Shown one piece after another: positions 35,967 to 45,679 of a stretch of DNA of 64,000 bases. The translations under genes were made by a program, and so were the position numbers. A model generated the notes under the pieces. That model was given only the letters and a program-made list of their open reading frames with translations. It was not told the DNA's origin and searched no databases. The stretch comes from a virus (taxonomy: Duplodnaviria > Caudoviricetes). Every line of letters starts with the position of its first letter. Positions within the stretch are counted from its first letter, which is position 1. Location: IMG/VR virus record IMGVR_UViG_3300031992_000011. One strand, given 5' to 3'.

Positions 35967-36518
35967 ATGGCTAAGAAGAATACATACAAGAAAAAACCGC
36001 TATTCGACGAACCGAGGATAAACGGAGAAATCACATGTAAAGGTTCTGTGAGAGTCGTGTTCAAGAGCAGAGAGAATGAACAAGAGTCTTTCAATCAGGT
36101 GATGAGTATCGACGCCGCAAGGTCTGAGGCGGCATCTAGGTCGCTCGACCTAATTGAAATCAACCCTTCAACGACACCTCCCATATTGCGTATAGACAAT
36201 TACTCTAAGTATCTGTTCGAGCAGAAAAAGAGAGTGAAGGAGAACAAGAAACCGTCGCAGCAAGTCAAAGAGATACAATTGTCGACCAACATATCCGAGC
36301 ACGACATGGAGACAAAGGCCAAGATGGCCGAACGCTTCCTGTCCGAAGGGGACAAGGTCAAGGTTGTACTGAAAATGCGCGGGCGCGAACTTGGGCGACG
36401 CGAACAGTCCAAAAAATCCATACTCTTATTCATGGACCGACTTGCCGATGTCTCGCTGCCGGAGAGCATGCCGCGTGACGAGGGCAACAAGTGCATCGTC
36501 ATACTCAAGAAAAAATGA
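35967..36518 (+). CDS. infC: translation initiation factor IF-3
   Basis: RINGEI, LDLIEI..PP, KEIQL, HDMETK, GDKVKV..RGRE. Confidence 0.92.
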   Translation: MAKKNTYKKKPLFDEPRINGEITCKGSVRVVFKSRENEQESFNQVMSIDAARSEAASRSLDLIEINPSTTPPILRIDNYSKYLFEQKKRVKENKKPSQQVKEIQLSTNISEHDMETKAKMAERFLSEGDKVKVVLKMRGRELGRREQSKKSILLFMDRLADVSLPESMPRDEGNKCIVILKKK

Positions 36519-37357
36519 CAAGGAGACTGAACACACGGACCACAGACAAGCCGATACCGCGTATGACTGACGCCCTGTCGGCCTACTATGCGGACATACG
36601 CAAATACCCGCGTCTGAACAAAGACGAGACGTGCCGTCTGTTCAGTGAGATGCGTCTCGGCGGCGAGGCTGCTGACAAGGCACGCGAGAGCGTCATATAC
36701 AGACTTCAGAGATTTGTAGTTTCTGTCGCCAGATGCTACAGCAAGTACGGGGAGATGAGCGACTTGATAAGTGAAGGCAACTTGGGCCTGATGCGCGCCG
36801 TTGAACTGTACAATCCGGAATCAGGGAACGAGATCACATCATACGCCGTGTTCTGGATAAGGAAATACATCATCCAATACATCACCGACCAAGTCCCTCA
36901 GGTGCGTCAGAAGAACACCACAAGGAGGGTGACGTATTCAACAAAGGCAAACAGCCTGTTCTTCACCGAGCACGGGCGCTTCCCGACAGAGACCGAATTG
37001 GCCGATTTCATAGAGGAGAGATATGGGGAGAAGATAAGGGATGCTTCAGACCTCACGCAATTGTCATTCATCTCTTCTGACACTGAGTATGGAGAGGGCA
37101 TTTTCGGCAGTGTCACCCAAGACATCGGAAAAAAGATGAACGAAGAAAAGAACCGGCATGACGTGGAAGTGATGATGTCTTCCCTGAACGACAGAGAGCG
37201 TGACATCATAATGTCATACTACGGGATAGGGGGACAGAACGAGGAAAGCGCACTCGAGATAGGCGCACGCCTTTCACTCAGCGAGGAACGTGTCAGACAG
37301 ATACACAGGGACGCAATCAAAAAACTCAACAAGAAATATGGCAAAAATCAAAATTAA
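36515..37357 (+). CDS. second sigma70-family factor
   Basis: RFVVSVAR, DLISEGNLGL, SYAVFWIR, region 3 (PTETELA) and region 4 (LSEERVRQI). Confidence 0.9.
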   Translation: MTRRLNTRTTDKPIPRMTDALSAYYADIRKYPRLNKDETCRLFSEMRLGGEAADKARESVIYRLQRFVVSVARCYSKYGEMSDLISEGNLGLMRAVELYNPESGNEITSYAVFWIRKYIIQYITDQVPQVRQKNTTRRVTYSTKANSLFFTEHGRFPTETELADFIEERYGEKIRDASDLTQLSFISSDTEYGEGIFGSVTQDIGKKMNEEKNRHDVEVMMSSLNDRERDIIMSYYGIGGQNEESALEIGARLSLSEERVRQIHRDAIKKLNKKYGKNQN

Positions 37358-37850
37358 ACTCAGTCAACTGCAGTTGTCGGCAATTGCAGGTATCTACGTC
37401 AAAAAAATGGACCTTGACATCAAGGGGGCGTATGTGGACAGGAATGTCAGAGCGATAAAGGCGTTACTCAAGAACGTGACGATGGACGAATACACCGAAG
37501 TCAAGGTGAAAGACAATCTTGCGTCCATACAAGAGGCGGCGGAACATGACACCCAAACAATGAACAGTCTCGACGCAGTTGTGTGCATGAACGGCAAAGA
37601 CTTATTCGGCGGAACAGACCCGATAGTCGCACTTCTGCTTGCGAGCGGTGATTTCGAGAAATACGGTATTGACGGCGCAACGATTCCGGCGGACGTCAGG
37701 GACAAGTACGTTGAGGCGATGGATTACATCTCCGACAATCTACCGCATATCGAGGAAATAATCCACCAGTTCTGCACAAAGGGAGGAATCAAGGCGGACA
37801 CAGAATATTGGTGTCTTGACCACGAGCACATTTGGCATGAGGGGAATTAG
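37338..37850 (+). CDS. hypothetical protein
   Basis: ATG at 37338. Confidence 0.6.
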   Translation: MAKIKIKLSQLQLSAIAGIYVKKMDLDIKGAYVDRNVRAIKALLKNVTMDEYTEVKVKDNLASIQEAAEHDTQTMNSLDAVVCMNGKDLFGGTDPIVALLLASGDFEKYGIDGATIPADVRDKYVEAMDYISDNLPHIEEIIHQFCTKGGIKADTEYWCLDHEHIWHEGN

Positions 37851-38251
37851 AAACTGTTGTAGGTTCGGAGTATCTTGTAGACCTCGCGCAGACATTTAGC
37901 GTTCGGCCACGGCCTTTTACCCGCAAGTATCTTTGAACCCCAGCTGCGCGCAGTGTCCGAATCGCAGCCGAGGACTTCCTCCCATATCGGGGCCATGTCA
38001 ATCTTCTTGTCCTTAAGCATCCCGACGACCGCTTTTTCGAGGTCTGACTGGTTTTTATACCCAAACCAATCCTTATCCGACGCGTTACTGTCGTCAGAAT
38101 CGGTGTCGTCGTCTTTCTCCTCGTTCAACGATTGGACATGTGAGTATACCGACTCGGAAACAATACCGCGGACTCTACGGCGTAATATTTCATCCTCAAC
38201 CGCCTCACGGATGATGTTTTGAAGTGCGCTGCTGTTTATGACCATTTTCAT
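37847..38251 (-). CDS. protein with an INSSALQNIIREAV leader and a possible HTH C-terminus
   Basis: Lone minus-strand gene; TATTTATA upstream at 38289-38296. Confidence 0.65.
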   Translation of the reverse strand: MKMVINSSALQNIIREAVEDEILRRRVRGIVSESVYSHVQSLNEEKDDDTDSDDSNASDKDWFGYKNQSDLEKAVVGMLKDKKIDMAPIWEEVLGCDSDTARSWGSKILAGKRPWPNAKCLREVYKILRTYNSF

Positions 38252-38412
38252 TATGACATTCTGTTTTTGTGAATGTGCTGTATGCGATTATAAATATGTT
38301 TCAACACGTTAAAAAATATTAAGATAACCGGTAATGTTGACAAAATTCGGCACATCGGAGTATCTTTAATGTGAATAATAAATTCTAGTTTTTTAATTAA
38401 TCTAAGTAGTTT

Positions 38413-39450
38413 ATGAAGAAAACAATTCTGTTTGTCATGGCGGCACTGTTTGCCGTGACAATGAACGCGCAAAGCGTCAATGATGACCTCTATGTAGGAC
38501 TCAAGGGTGGAGCAAGCGGTCTTGTGCATCCCGGTTGCAACGGGTACGAGAACTTCGGGCACACAATCGAGGGTCTTGCCACACTCGAGTTTGGCAAATG
38601 GATCACGCCAAGCGTTGCGTTTGGCATCGAATCCACCGCCGGTTTTGAGAACGGGAGCAAGTTCGGTAGATTCCAGGGGAAGAACTGGCTTAACTACGTC
38701 GACGTCCTTGCCGTGACGAAACTGAATCTGAACAATGTGTTCCGCGGATACCGCGGATATGCGGACAAGGTTGAGTTCGTTCCTTCGGTCGGTATCGGTT
38801 GGGTGCACGGATTCACATATGGGGCAACGGAGAAGACAAACCACACTAATGACATCATGACAAAGTTCGCCTTCGATGTTGCGTACAATGTAGGCAAGCA
38901 TGTGCAGTTGAATTTCACCCCATTCCTTTCGTACAATCTGACAGGCGGATATCAGGGACAGAACAACCCCCGTTTTGACAGCCGTAACGCTTGGTGGGGT
39001 GTCGAGGCCGGTGTCGCATACAAGTTCGGCAAAGGACTCCGCACTTGTGGAAAGTACACACAGGATGACATTGACGCCCTCAACGCGAAGATCGACGAAT
39101 TGAGAAACAGGCCGGCAGAGGTTCAGTATGTTGACCGCGAGAAGATCGTCGAAAAAGAGAAGGTTGTCGAGAAACCAGTCTATAAGGACATCGTGATAGA
39201 CTTCCGTAACAATTCGTGGGAACTCGAGTCCTACCAGCAGGCGATTCTCAGGACAATCCCCGCAGGTTTCAAGGTGTCTATCGTGGGCAGCGCGACAAAG
39301 TTCGGCAACATCTGGCGCAACGACGAGCTGGCAAAGAACCGCGCAAAGGTCGTGGCCGACTATCTGAAGGCGCGTGGAGTTGAGGTTGTCGACTGCAAGG
39401 GTGTCGGAACCGACCTCAACGGCCGAGTGGCAATCGTGAAAATCCAATAA
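38413..39450 (+). CDS. OmpA-family outer membrane protein
   Basis: Sec signal peptide, beta-barrel strands ending GVAYKF, coiled-coil linker, OmpA-C motif NDELAKNRAKVVADYL. Confidence 0.88.
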   Translation: MKKTILFVMAALFAVTMNAQSVNDDLYVGLKGGASGLVHPGCNGYENFGHTIEGLATLEFGKWITPSVAFGIESTAGFENGSKFGRFQGKNWLNYVDVLAVTKLNLNNVFRGYRGYADKVEFVPSVGIGWVHGFTYGATEKTNHTNDIMTKFAFDVAYNVGKHVQLNFTPFLSYNLTGGYQGQNNPRFDSRNAWWGVEAGVAYKFGKGLRTCGKYTQDDIDALNAKIDELRNRPAEVQYVDREKIVEKEKVVEKPVYKDIVIDFRNNSWELESYQQAILRTIPAGFKVSIVGSATKFGNIWRNDELAKNRAKVVADYLKARGVEVVDCKGVGTDLNGRVAIVKIQ

Positions 39451-39476
39451 GAGTTTTATTCATTGGTTAGTTGTTT

Positions 39477-39510
39477 GGGCTGATTTGGGTGTAACCCGGT
39501 CAGCCCTTTT
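39477..39510 (+). terminator. intrinsic terminator
   Basis: GGGCTGA..GGGT-GTA-ACCC..TCAGCCC-TTTT. Confidence 0.7.
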
Positions 39511-39522
39511 GCAATAAGACAG

Positions 39523-39921
39523 ATGGCACAAATAATAAGATATTGCAAGACAGAGGAGGAACATCACGAGGAGAACGCATTTGACTGCTCAAGACCCGGA
39601 ATATTCGGAAATCCATACACCCATATCAAAGGCAAGAAGACACTTGCGAGCGTTGTCGTCAAGGATAGGGAAGAGGCCATCAGGATGTTCGACCCGTATT
39701 TTGACGCCGTGATGAGCGGAGACGACTCGTTTTCTACGGCATTTCGGGAAGCGTTCGAAGAAATGTACAGGATGTACAAGAAGCATGGTGTCGTTTATCT
39801 CGGATGCTACTGCAAAAGAAACGAGACATGCCACTGTGACGTCATACGCAAGAAACTGATGGAAAGGTCGCTTAGGGACAGGATAGACGAGATAAGGCGC
39901 ATCAGAGACGAACGTCAATGA
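39523..39921 (+). CDS. DUF4326-family protein
   Basis: RPGIFGNPY, LGCYC, CHCDVI. Confidence 0.75.
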   Translation: MAQIIRYCKTEEEHHEENAFDCSRPGIFGNPYTHIKGKKTLASVVVKDREEAIRMFDPYFDAVMSGDDSFSTAFREAFEEMYRMYKKHGVVYLGCYCKRNETCHCDVIRKKLMERSLRDRIDEIRRIRDERQ

Positions 39922-40244
39922 ATGTCCCTCATGAAGAACGGATTCTCCTTGAGGGACTCAATGATTCGCTCAACCTCGGCACAATGTTCCGAGAAGTGCA
40001 GCACGTCATCATCAGACAGCGCGAACCATTCATTCAACTCATTCTGCGAATAGAAACGGTTGTGAAGCATTTTCTCAACTCTGAATGGATAGTCTGAGAC
40101 GTGCAGATGCACAAAGAATAATTCAGTTCCGTTGCCGGTCTGAAGTTTCTTGAGTCTCTTGGACGGGGAACCAGTCGTCACGCCTATTTTGTACAGAGAA
40201 CTCACAGGGTCACATATCAGATATACAGTTCCTTGCTTTGCCAT
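39915..40244 (-). CDS. GIY-YIG-like (T5orf172/MUG113) protein
   Basis: VYLI, YKIGVT, RLKKLQTGN, EKMLH, EWF. Confidence 0.85.
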   Translation of the reverse strand: MAKQGTVYLICDPVSSLYKIGVTTGSPSKRLKKLQTGNGTELFFVHLHVSDYPFRVEKMLHNRFYSQNELNEWFALSDDDVLHFSEHCAEVERIIESLKENPFFMRDIH

Positions 40245-40255
40245 ACAAATAAAAT

Positions 40256-40657
40256 ATGAGCAACATTAAGAAGTTTTTCAACGTCTCGATGGACACCGTC
40301 AGGGAAGTGTTCACAGGAACCACGCATCGCAGACGATTATTCGCGCTCTCGTTCTCGATGGAGGTGGTGGCGCTTTTGACGTCATCATATCTGTTCGGGA
40401 CGCTTCTGGCACTGGCAGCATGCCCGGTTGGTGAGTTCATACACGTGAACTGTCCAAGAAAGTACACCAAGATATTTTGGTGGGAGATTGACGTTCCTGA
40501 CCTGTCAGGTTTTATGGAGAGGTTAAAAGACGACATCGTGCACGGACAAGTAAGCAAAACGGACGAATCCAACATCAGATTCGGCGTCGCAGGAGTCATC
40601 GTGGGCATCATTTTCTATATTTTGATACGCATAGTGCTTCATTTTTGCTTTAATTAA
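40256..40657 (+). CDS. hypothetical membrane protein
   Basis: Two to three hydrophobic segments. Confidence 0.55.
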   Translation: MSNIKKFFNVSMDTVREVFTGTTHRRRLFALSFSMEVVALLTSSYLFGTLLALAACPVGEFIHVNCPRKYTKIFWWEIDVPDLSGFMERLKDDIVHGQVSKTDESNIRFGVAGVIVGIIFYILIRIVLHFCFN

Positions 40658-40724
40658 CATTTTTATTGCGGTAAATAATATTTTTTTTATTACCTTTGCG
40701 AGCAAAACATAACGAATAAACACT

Positions 40725-40901
40725 ATGGCAAACGACACGAAGAAGCTCGAGCAAGAAATATCGACACTTTCCAAGGAAGTAGGAAAGATGTCCGACACAA
40801 TGAAGGAAAGCAACCGGGTGCTGCAGCAATTGGTGAGGCAGATGGAAAAAATCACCGAGCGCATGACGCAGCAGAACGAACTGTTACGCAACGGAAAATG
40901 A
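40725..40901 (+). CDS. 58-aa coiled-coil protein (not in the supplied ORF track)
   Basis: MANDTKKLEQEISTLSKEV...; promoter TACCTTTG at 40691; the stop overlaps the next ATG. Confidence 0.6.
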   Translation: MANDTKKLEQEISTLSKEVGKMSDTMKESNRVLQQLVRQMEKITERMTQQNELLRNGK

Positions 40902-42250
40902 TCGGATTTGACGACATAAGGAAAGAAGGACTTCTGCTCTATGAGTATGTAAGAGGCAGTCACGCATACGGACTTCAGAAACCGGACGGAAGCAGCGACA
41001 TTGACACCGGCGGTGTATTCATTGAACCATACGAGTGGATAGCCGGTCTCGGGCATGACGCAGTCGAACAGGTGGCGGATGCACGCGGTGACACTGTGTG
41101 GTATGCACTCAAGAAATACCTCAGGCTCCTCATTGTCGCAAATCCGACTATGTTGGAGAGTCTGTTCGTGCCGGAACGTTGTGTCCTGTATGAACATCCT
41201 TTGTTCGGGACAATCAAGGCGAACCGAGACATCTTCGTCACCAAAGAATGTTTCAAGTCATTCCTTGGATATGCGGTGAATCAGATAAAGAAGTGCCGCG
41301 GACTGCACAAAATGATAGTACAAGAGGATTTCGAGCGGAAACAGCCGCTTGATTTCTGCTATACGTTCTATGGGCAAGGAAGCAGCAAGATAACCAACTG
41401 GCTTGAGTACAGAGGTCTCAAGCAGGAGTATTGCGGACTGGTGAATATTCCGAATATGCGAGACATCTACGGATGCTACTATGACTGGCACAGACATTTT
41501 ACCGAGTGCGGAATCACATATGAAGAATTAATTGAGACATTTCTCAATGGCCGTCCGGACACAAATCTGTCTGTCGTCATTGACCGGATCAAGACATGCT
41601 CCGACAATGCCGAGAAAGAACACCTTGAACGGATGCGTGAACTCGCGGTGAAATGGAACATGGTAGATTTCATAACGAGGGAAGTCCTCGGTATGAATGA
41701 GATTTATGACGAACACGCCGCCTGCGCTGTGATAGCAGAATGGATGAACAGACTTCAAGACAATCACTACAGTGGAATTGTCGGTCCTGACGGTCAGTCA
41801 AACGAAATTCGACTCTCGTCCATACCAAAAGGTGAGATGCCGATATGCAACATATCGTACAACAAGGACGGATACACCAAGCACTGCGTCGAATACAAGA
41901 ACCTTCAGAGATGGAAAAGGGAGAGAAACCCCGAACGCTACAAAGAAAATGTCGGCAAGAACTTTGACCGAAAGAATGTCGCCCACGCCGTGCGATTGAT
42001 GCACATGGGGATAGAGATCGCCAGAACCGGAAAGGTCAATGTAGACAGGACTGACATCGACCGCGACTTTATAATGGGGATACGAATGGGTGACACGTCA
42101 TATGACGAGATAATGTCATATCTTGAGTCAAAAAAGTCCGAGCTTGAAGACGCCATGATGACGTCGACGATACCGGATAGCGTTGACATGGACAAAGTAA
42201 GTGAATTGCTTGTGGCAATGAGAGAACAATTCAATAATGTCAAAAACTGA
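40898..42250 (+). CDS. Pol-beta-superfamily nucleotidyltransferase
   Basis: RGSHAYGL...SDIDTGGVF, NPTMLE, KNVAHAVRL. Confidence 0.85.
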   Translation: MIGFDDIRKEGLLLYEYVRGSHAYGLQKPDGSSDIDTGGVFIEPYEWIAGLGHDAVEQVADARGDTVWYALKKYLRLLIVANPTMLESLFVPERCVLYEHPLFGTIKANRDIFVTKECFKSFLGYAVNQIKKCRGLHKMIVQEDFERKQPLDFCYTFYGQGSSKITNWLEYRGLKQEYCGLVNIPNMRDIYGCYYDWHRHFTECGITYEELIETFLNGRPDTNLSVVIDRIKTCSDNAEKEHLERMRELAVKWNMVDFITREVLGMNEIYDEHAACAVIAEWMNRLQDNHYSGIVGPDGQSNEIRLSSIPKGEMPICNISYNKDGYTKHCVEYKNLQRWKRERNPERYKENVGKNFDRKNVAHAVRLMHMGIEIARTGKVNVDRTDIDRDFIMGIRMGDTSYDEIMSYLESKKSELEDAMMTSTIPDSVDMDKVSELLVAMREQFNNVKN

Positions 42251-42261
42251 ACGAAAGTAAT

Positions 42262-42459
42262 ATGCAATATCCGTATCTTGGAAGGAAATACTTGGACGGC
42301 AAACCGTTTGTCGTCATGTTCTTTGAGGAAGAAAGGGGCATCGTTGTCATGAACGAAACCGGACACGATGAACTCAACATTGGGCAAGTGAAGGATTTTG
42401 ACGAGGATTCTTTTGAATACCTCCCGAATGACGTTGATGTGAGACTTAACAATGATTGA
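42262..42459 (+). CDS. small hypothetical protein
   Basis: 65-aa ORF within the operon. Confidence 0.55.
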   Translation: MQYPYLGRKYLDGKPFVVMFFEEERGIVVMNETGHDELNIGQVKDFDEDSFEYLPNDVDVRLNND

Positions 42460-43477
42460 TATGTTTTTTATAGGCAAAAATAAATTACCGGACAATTTCT
42501 ACGGCTTTGGTGAACTGGCAAAGACGTTCATAAAAGACAACAACCTCAACTTCACATATGTGAATCCGAAGCAGTTCATGTACAGTCTCAAGATGAGGGA
42601 CAGTGACGAATATATGGTTGAGAAATGGGAGTCCACACTCAGGCTTATTCTCGACACATTCAACGGGAATGTGTGGAAGTACTATGCATACAGGGAACAT
42701 GTCATGAGGGATGCCATTCAGCAAATCACTTCTACGGATGCATACCAACAGTTTATCAACGGAGACATGTCCAAATATCAAACTGTGGATGCGGAAAAAG
42801 CGAGATACAAGACCCATTACAACGAGGAATGTCTGAAAAAAGTCAAATATTTTTTCTCTGTTGACATGAATAACGCGAACTTTCAATCTATGAGTCATGT
42901 CGACAGTGCGATGTTTATGGGTGACATGACTTATTCGGCGTTCATCAGCCGATTCACCACAGTGCCAGACATTGTAATGAGCAAGCATTTCCGCAGTGTG
43001 CTTTTCGGCAAACTTTGTCCAAAACGCACGGTTCAAGTGACGAGACATTTAATGAGTGGTGTCGAGGACACTGTCAGAAGGGCGCTCAAGGCGAAATACA
43101 AACATTTCGTGCTGGTGTGCAGGAACACGGACGAGGTGATATATGAGACCGACCGGATGGTTTCTCCGTATGACGCGATGTACATCCGCATGATGGTTGG
43201 ACAAGACAACAAAATCAGCGTGAAGACACGATGCTTCACCATGGACGGGTACAAACTCATGTGTGACAAAAACATACCGGTCGACACGTTCTACATGTCG
43301 CATGACATCGTGACCGGACATGACAAGACACATTCAATGAATGCGAGATATGCGAACATATGCCATAAACTGCTCGAAGGGAAAAAGGTCAGAAGAATGG
43401 ATCGTCTGACCTGTATAGAAAATGTCGAGATGGAGATGAAGGGAAATTTTAAAATTGAAAAAATCAAGAAGGGATGA
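42452..43477 (+). CDS. hypothetical protein with possible polymerase palm-like motifs
   Basis: SVDMNNANF and NTDEVIY. Confidence 0.55.
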   Translation: MIDMFFIGKNKLPDNFYGFGELAKTFIKDNNLNFTYVNPKQFMYSLKMRDSDEYMVEKWESTLRLILDTFNGNVWKYYAYREHVMRDAIQQITSTDAYQQFINGDMSKYQTVDAEKARYKTHYNEECLKKVKYFFSVDMNNANFQSMSHVDSAMFMGDMTYSAFISRFTTVPDIVMSKHFRSVLFGKLCPKRTVQVTRHLMSGVEDTVRRALKAKYKHFVLVCRNTDEVIYETDRMVSPYDAMYIRMMVGQDNKISVKTRCFTMDGYKLMCDKNIPVDTFYMSHDIVTGHDKTHSMNARYANICHKLLEGKKVRRMDRLTCIENVEMEMKGNFKIEKIKKG

Positions 43478-43860
43478 AAAGTTTATTTGTAAAAATTTTC
43501 GTGACGTCAGTTATAGCGCTAACCAGCATATTCGCTTTCCCGTCGCATGTGGTGAGGGCGACAAAGTACTACGCAGGACACAATTGCGGTTTCGTCACCG
43601 CTGACGGAAGCCGAATAAATGTGGGCAAGGTTCACAATGGGCAGCACAGATGGGTTGCGTTGAGTCATGACATGTTCAGAAAAGGATATCGGCTCGGTGA
43701 CAAAATAATGGTCACGTCGTCGAACAGCCGGCTGAATGGAGTTTGGGTCGTGAAGGATAAAATGGGACCGAGGAAGCGGAACTCCATTGACTTCCTTATG
43801 ACTCGCGGAAACAGCAAATGGTTCACGTCACCGTGCAAGGTGACAATAAGGAAGGTGTGA
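43474..43860 (+). CDS. secreted 3D/RlpA-like (double-psi barrel) cell-wall protein
   Basis: Signal peptide, TADGS, WVALSHD, VKDKM, IDFL. Confidence 0.7.
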   Translation: MKSLFVKIFVTSVIALTSIFAFPSHVVRATKYYAGHNCGFVTADGSRINVGKVHNGQHRWVALSHDMFRKGYRLGDKIMVTSSNSRLNGVWVVKDKMGPRKRNSIDFLMTRGNSKWFTSPCKVTIRKV

Positions 43861-43861
43861 T

Positions 43862-44110
43862 ATGTTGAGCGGAAACAAGGAACACGACCGGTTGAGGCAG
43901 GAATATAACCGCCGCATCATCAGAATGATTTCCGACAAGGTTGAAAATCATCCATACCTCAGGTTTGGACAGATACTTGTGAGTTGTGGCGTGATAGAAG
44001 ACGGTAAGGACCCGTTCTATGACGAGCCTTGGGAAATTTATTATCGCATGAAAAGATATGCTTCAAAAGAAGAAACCGAATATGGAAACCAACAGGATAA
44101 CAATAAGTGA
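43862..44110 (+). CDS. hypothetical phage protein
   Basis: HPYLRFGQIL..DPFYDE motif. Confidence 0.6.
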   Translation: MLSGNKEHDRLRQEYNRRIIRMISDKVENHPYLRFGQILVSCGVIEDGKDPFYDEPWEIYYRMKRYASKEETEYGNQQDNNK

Positions 44111-44834
44111 GGCCAGTCCTGTCGACAAACTCAATGGAAAGGTCGTGGACAAGATGATCATCACAAAGCCTTGCGACACATGCGGGAGTATGATGGTGAT
44201 GACATTCATGGACGGAACTTATTTTGCCATAACAGTCAACATGGATTCACTGAGCGGGAACTGTGAGTTTAAGAACATGCAACTTATGTCGCCGGTAGCG
44301 TATCTCAAGGGAAAAATCATATTCGACGGAGAATCTGTCCATGTTGACGACAGTGTCAGAAAAATGCAAGAGGTTGGTGTCATAGGTCTCACGGATGAAC
44401 ATGTACAGAACGAGACCGAGCGTGTTGTGGTTGACGCAGAGATGAAACTGATGGAGGAATACAATTCCTTCAGGTACAAATACGCGAACGGATATCGCGG
44501 GGCAACGCCTGTGGTGAAACTGTGGCAGATGTCAAAAGACGGCAGAATCCCCAAAGACGTGATAGAACGCGTCAAGGGTGTGATGTCAAAAACAGAGCAG
44601 AGATATTGGGATGTTTTTGAAGGCGCATATGGCAATCTGATAATTCAACTTAAAAGCATGCGAACACTTCTGCTCGTCATCGTATCCGAAAACTCCGTGT
44701 CATACATCCTCGATAAAGGGGATGACGCCCAACGGAGGACATACAAGGGGAAGTTCAACGGACGGGACGAGGATTCATTGTCGATTCTGTTAAACAATCT
44801 AAAAGATTCACAGTTCCCGATGTGGTTTGGCTGA
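44082..44834 (+). CDS. hypothetical protein
   Basis: Long ORF; start uncertain (44058 or 44082). Confidence 0.55.
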   Translation: METNRITISEASPVDKLNGKVVDKMIITKPCDTCGSMMVMTFMDGTYFAITVNMDSLSGNCEFKNMQLMSPVAYLKGKIIFDGESVHVDDSVRKMQEVGVIGLTDEHVQNETERVVVDAEMKLMEEYNSFRYKYANGYRGATPVVKLWQMSKDGRIPKDVIERVKGVMSKTEQRYWDVFEGAYGNLIIQLKSMRTLLLVIVSENSVSYILDKGDDAQRRTYKGKFNGRDEDSLSILLNNLKDSQFPMWFG

Positions 44835-44873
44835 AAATTATTAACTTTGCGGTACAAAAAATAGAAACACAAT

Positions 44874-45659
44874 ATGCCATCTTTCAATGAGACAATAAAA
44901 AGTGTGTCATACAGTCAGCATGAGATATTGTACAACATCATGCAGATGCACAACGAAGGAAAACCATTCGACTGTGACATGACCTATTCAAAGGGAGCGT
45001 TCTACGGTGATTTCACCATACAGCGCGACAACGGGGAAAAGTTCAGTTTCTCCGTGCCAAGACCGGAGCACACGTTCGACGTCGCGCCTCAGGACGACCT
45101 CACCGTGAAGATAGACCCTCTCGGTCCGCTTCCGCTGAACGACGCTTCAATAGACTCGATAGTCTGCGACTTACCGTTCGTCATATCGTGCGGACCTTCG
45201 ATGGACGGACCTGACTACGACGAGGACGGAAAACGGGTGAAGAACAACATCATATCACGAAGGTTCGCATCGTACTATCCTGTTGCGCAACTGACCGAGT
45301 CATATTACCATTGGATGGAGGAGATGCATCGTGTGCTAAGGCCGGACGGCATCGCCATCGTGAAGTGCCAGAAGACGATAACGGGCAGCAAGGCGCTGAA
45401 CACGCCGGAGTTCGTGTGGATGGCCGCAGAGAGTCTCGGAATGGACATGATGGACTCGTTCATGCTCGTGGCGAAGGCAAGACTCATATCAGGAAAGGTC
45501 AAACAGCAGCAGCACAGCAGAAGATTCGAGAGTGAATTCCTCGTGATACGGAACAACATGAAGAAAAAAATCAAGTACCTTGACTTCTGCAGCGAGGAAA
45601 CAGCAAGGAAGATAGTGGACGGACTGTTCATCAACAACATCGCCAAACGGCGGAAATAA
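44874..45659 (+). CDS. putative DNA amino-methyltransferase
   Basis: DMTYSKG (SAM-binding-like), SIVCDLPF (DPPF variant), RVLRPDG..IVKCQ; promoter TAACTTTG at 44842. Confidence 0.65.
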   Translation: MPSFNETIKSVSYSQHEILYNIMQMHNEGKPFDCDMTYSKGAFYGDFTIQRDNGEKFSFSVPRPEHTFDVAPQDDLTVKIDPLGPLPLNDASIDSIVCDLPFVISCGPSMDGPDYDEDGKRVKNNIISRRFASYYPVAQLTESYYHWMEEMHRVLRPDGIAIVKCQKTITGSKALNTPEFVWMAAESLGMDMMDSFMLVAKARLISGKVKQQQHSRRFESEFLVIRNNMKKKIKYLDFCSEETARKIVDGLFINNIAKRRK

Positions 45660-45679
45660 TACGGAAAATATGCAAACGA

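Noticed and set aside
38251-39447. 398-aa minus-strand ORF, and similar long antisense ORFs such as 6329-7252
   Set aside because: They are antisense shadows of well-supported plus-strand genes (OmpA, RuvC-like).
39915-40244. Mobile intron or homing endonuclease element
   Set aside because: It is a 109-aa stand-alone T5orf172-type domain; no interrupted host gene or intron structure is visible.
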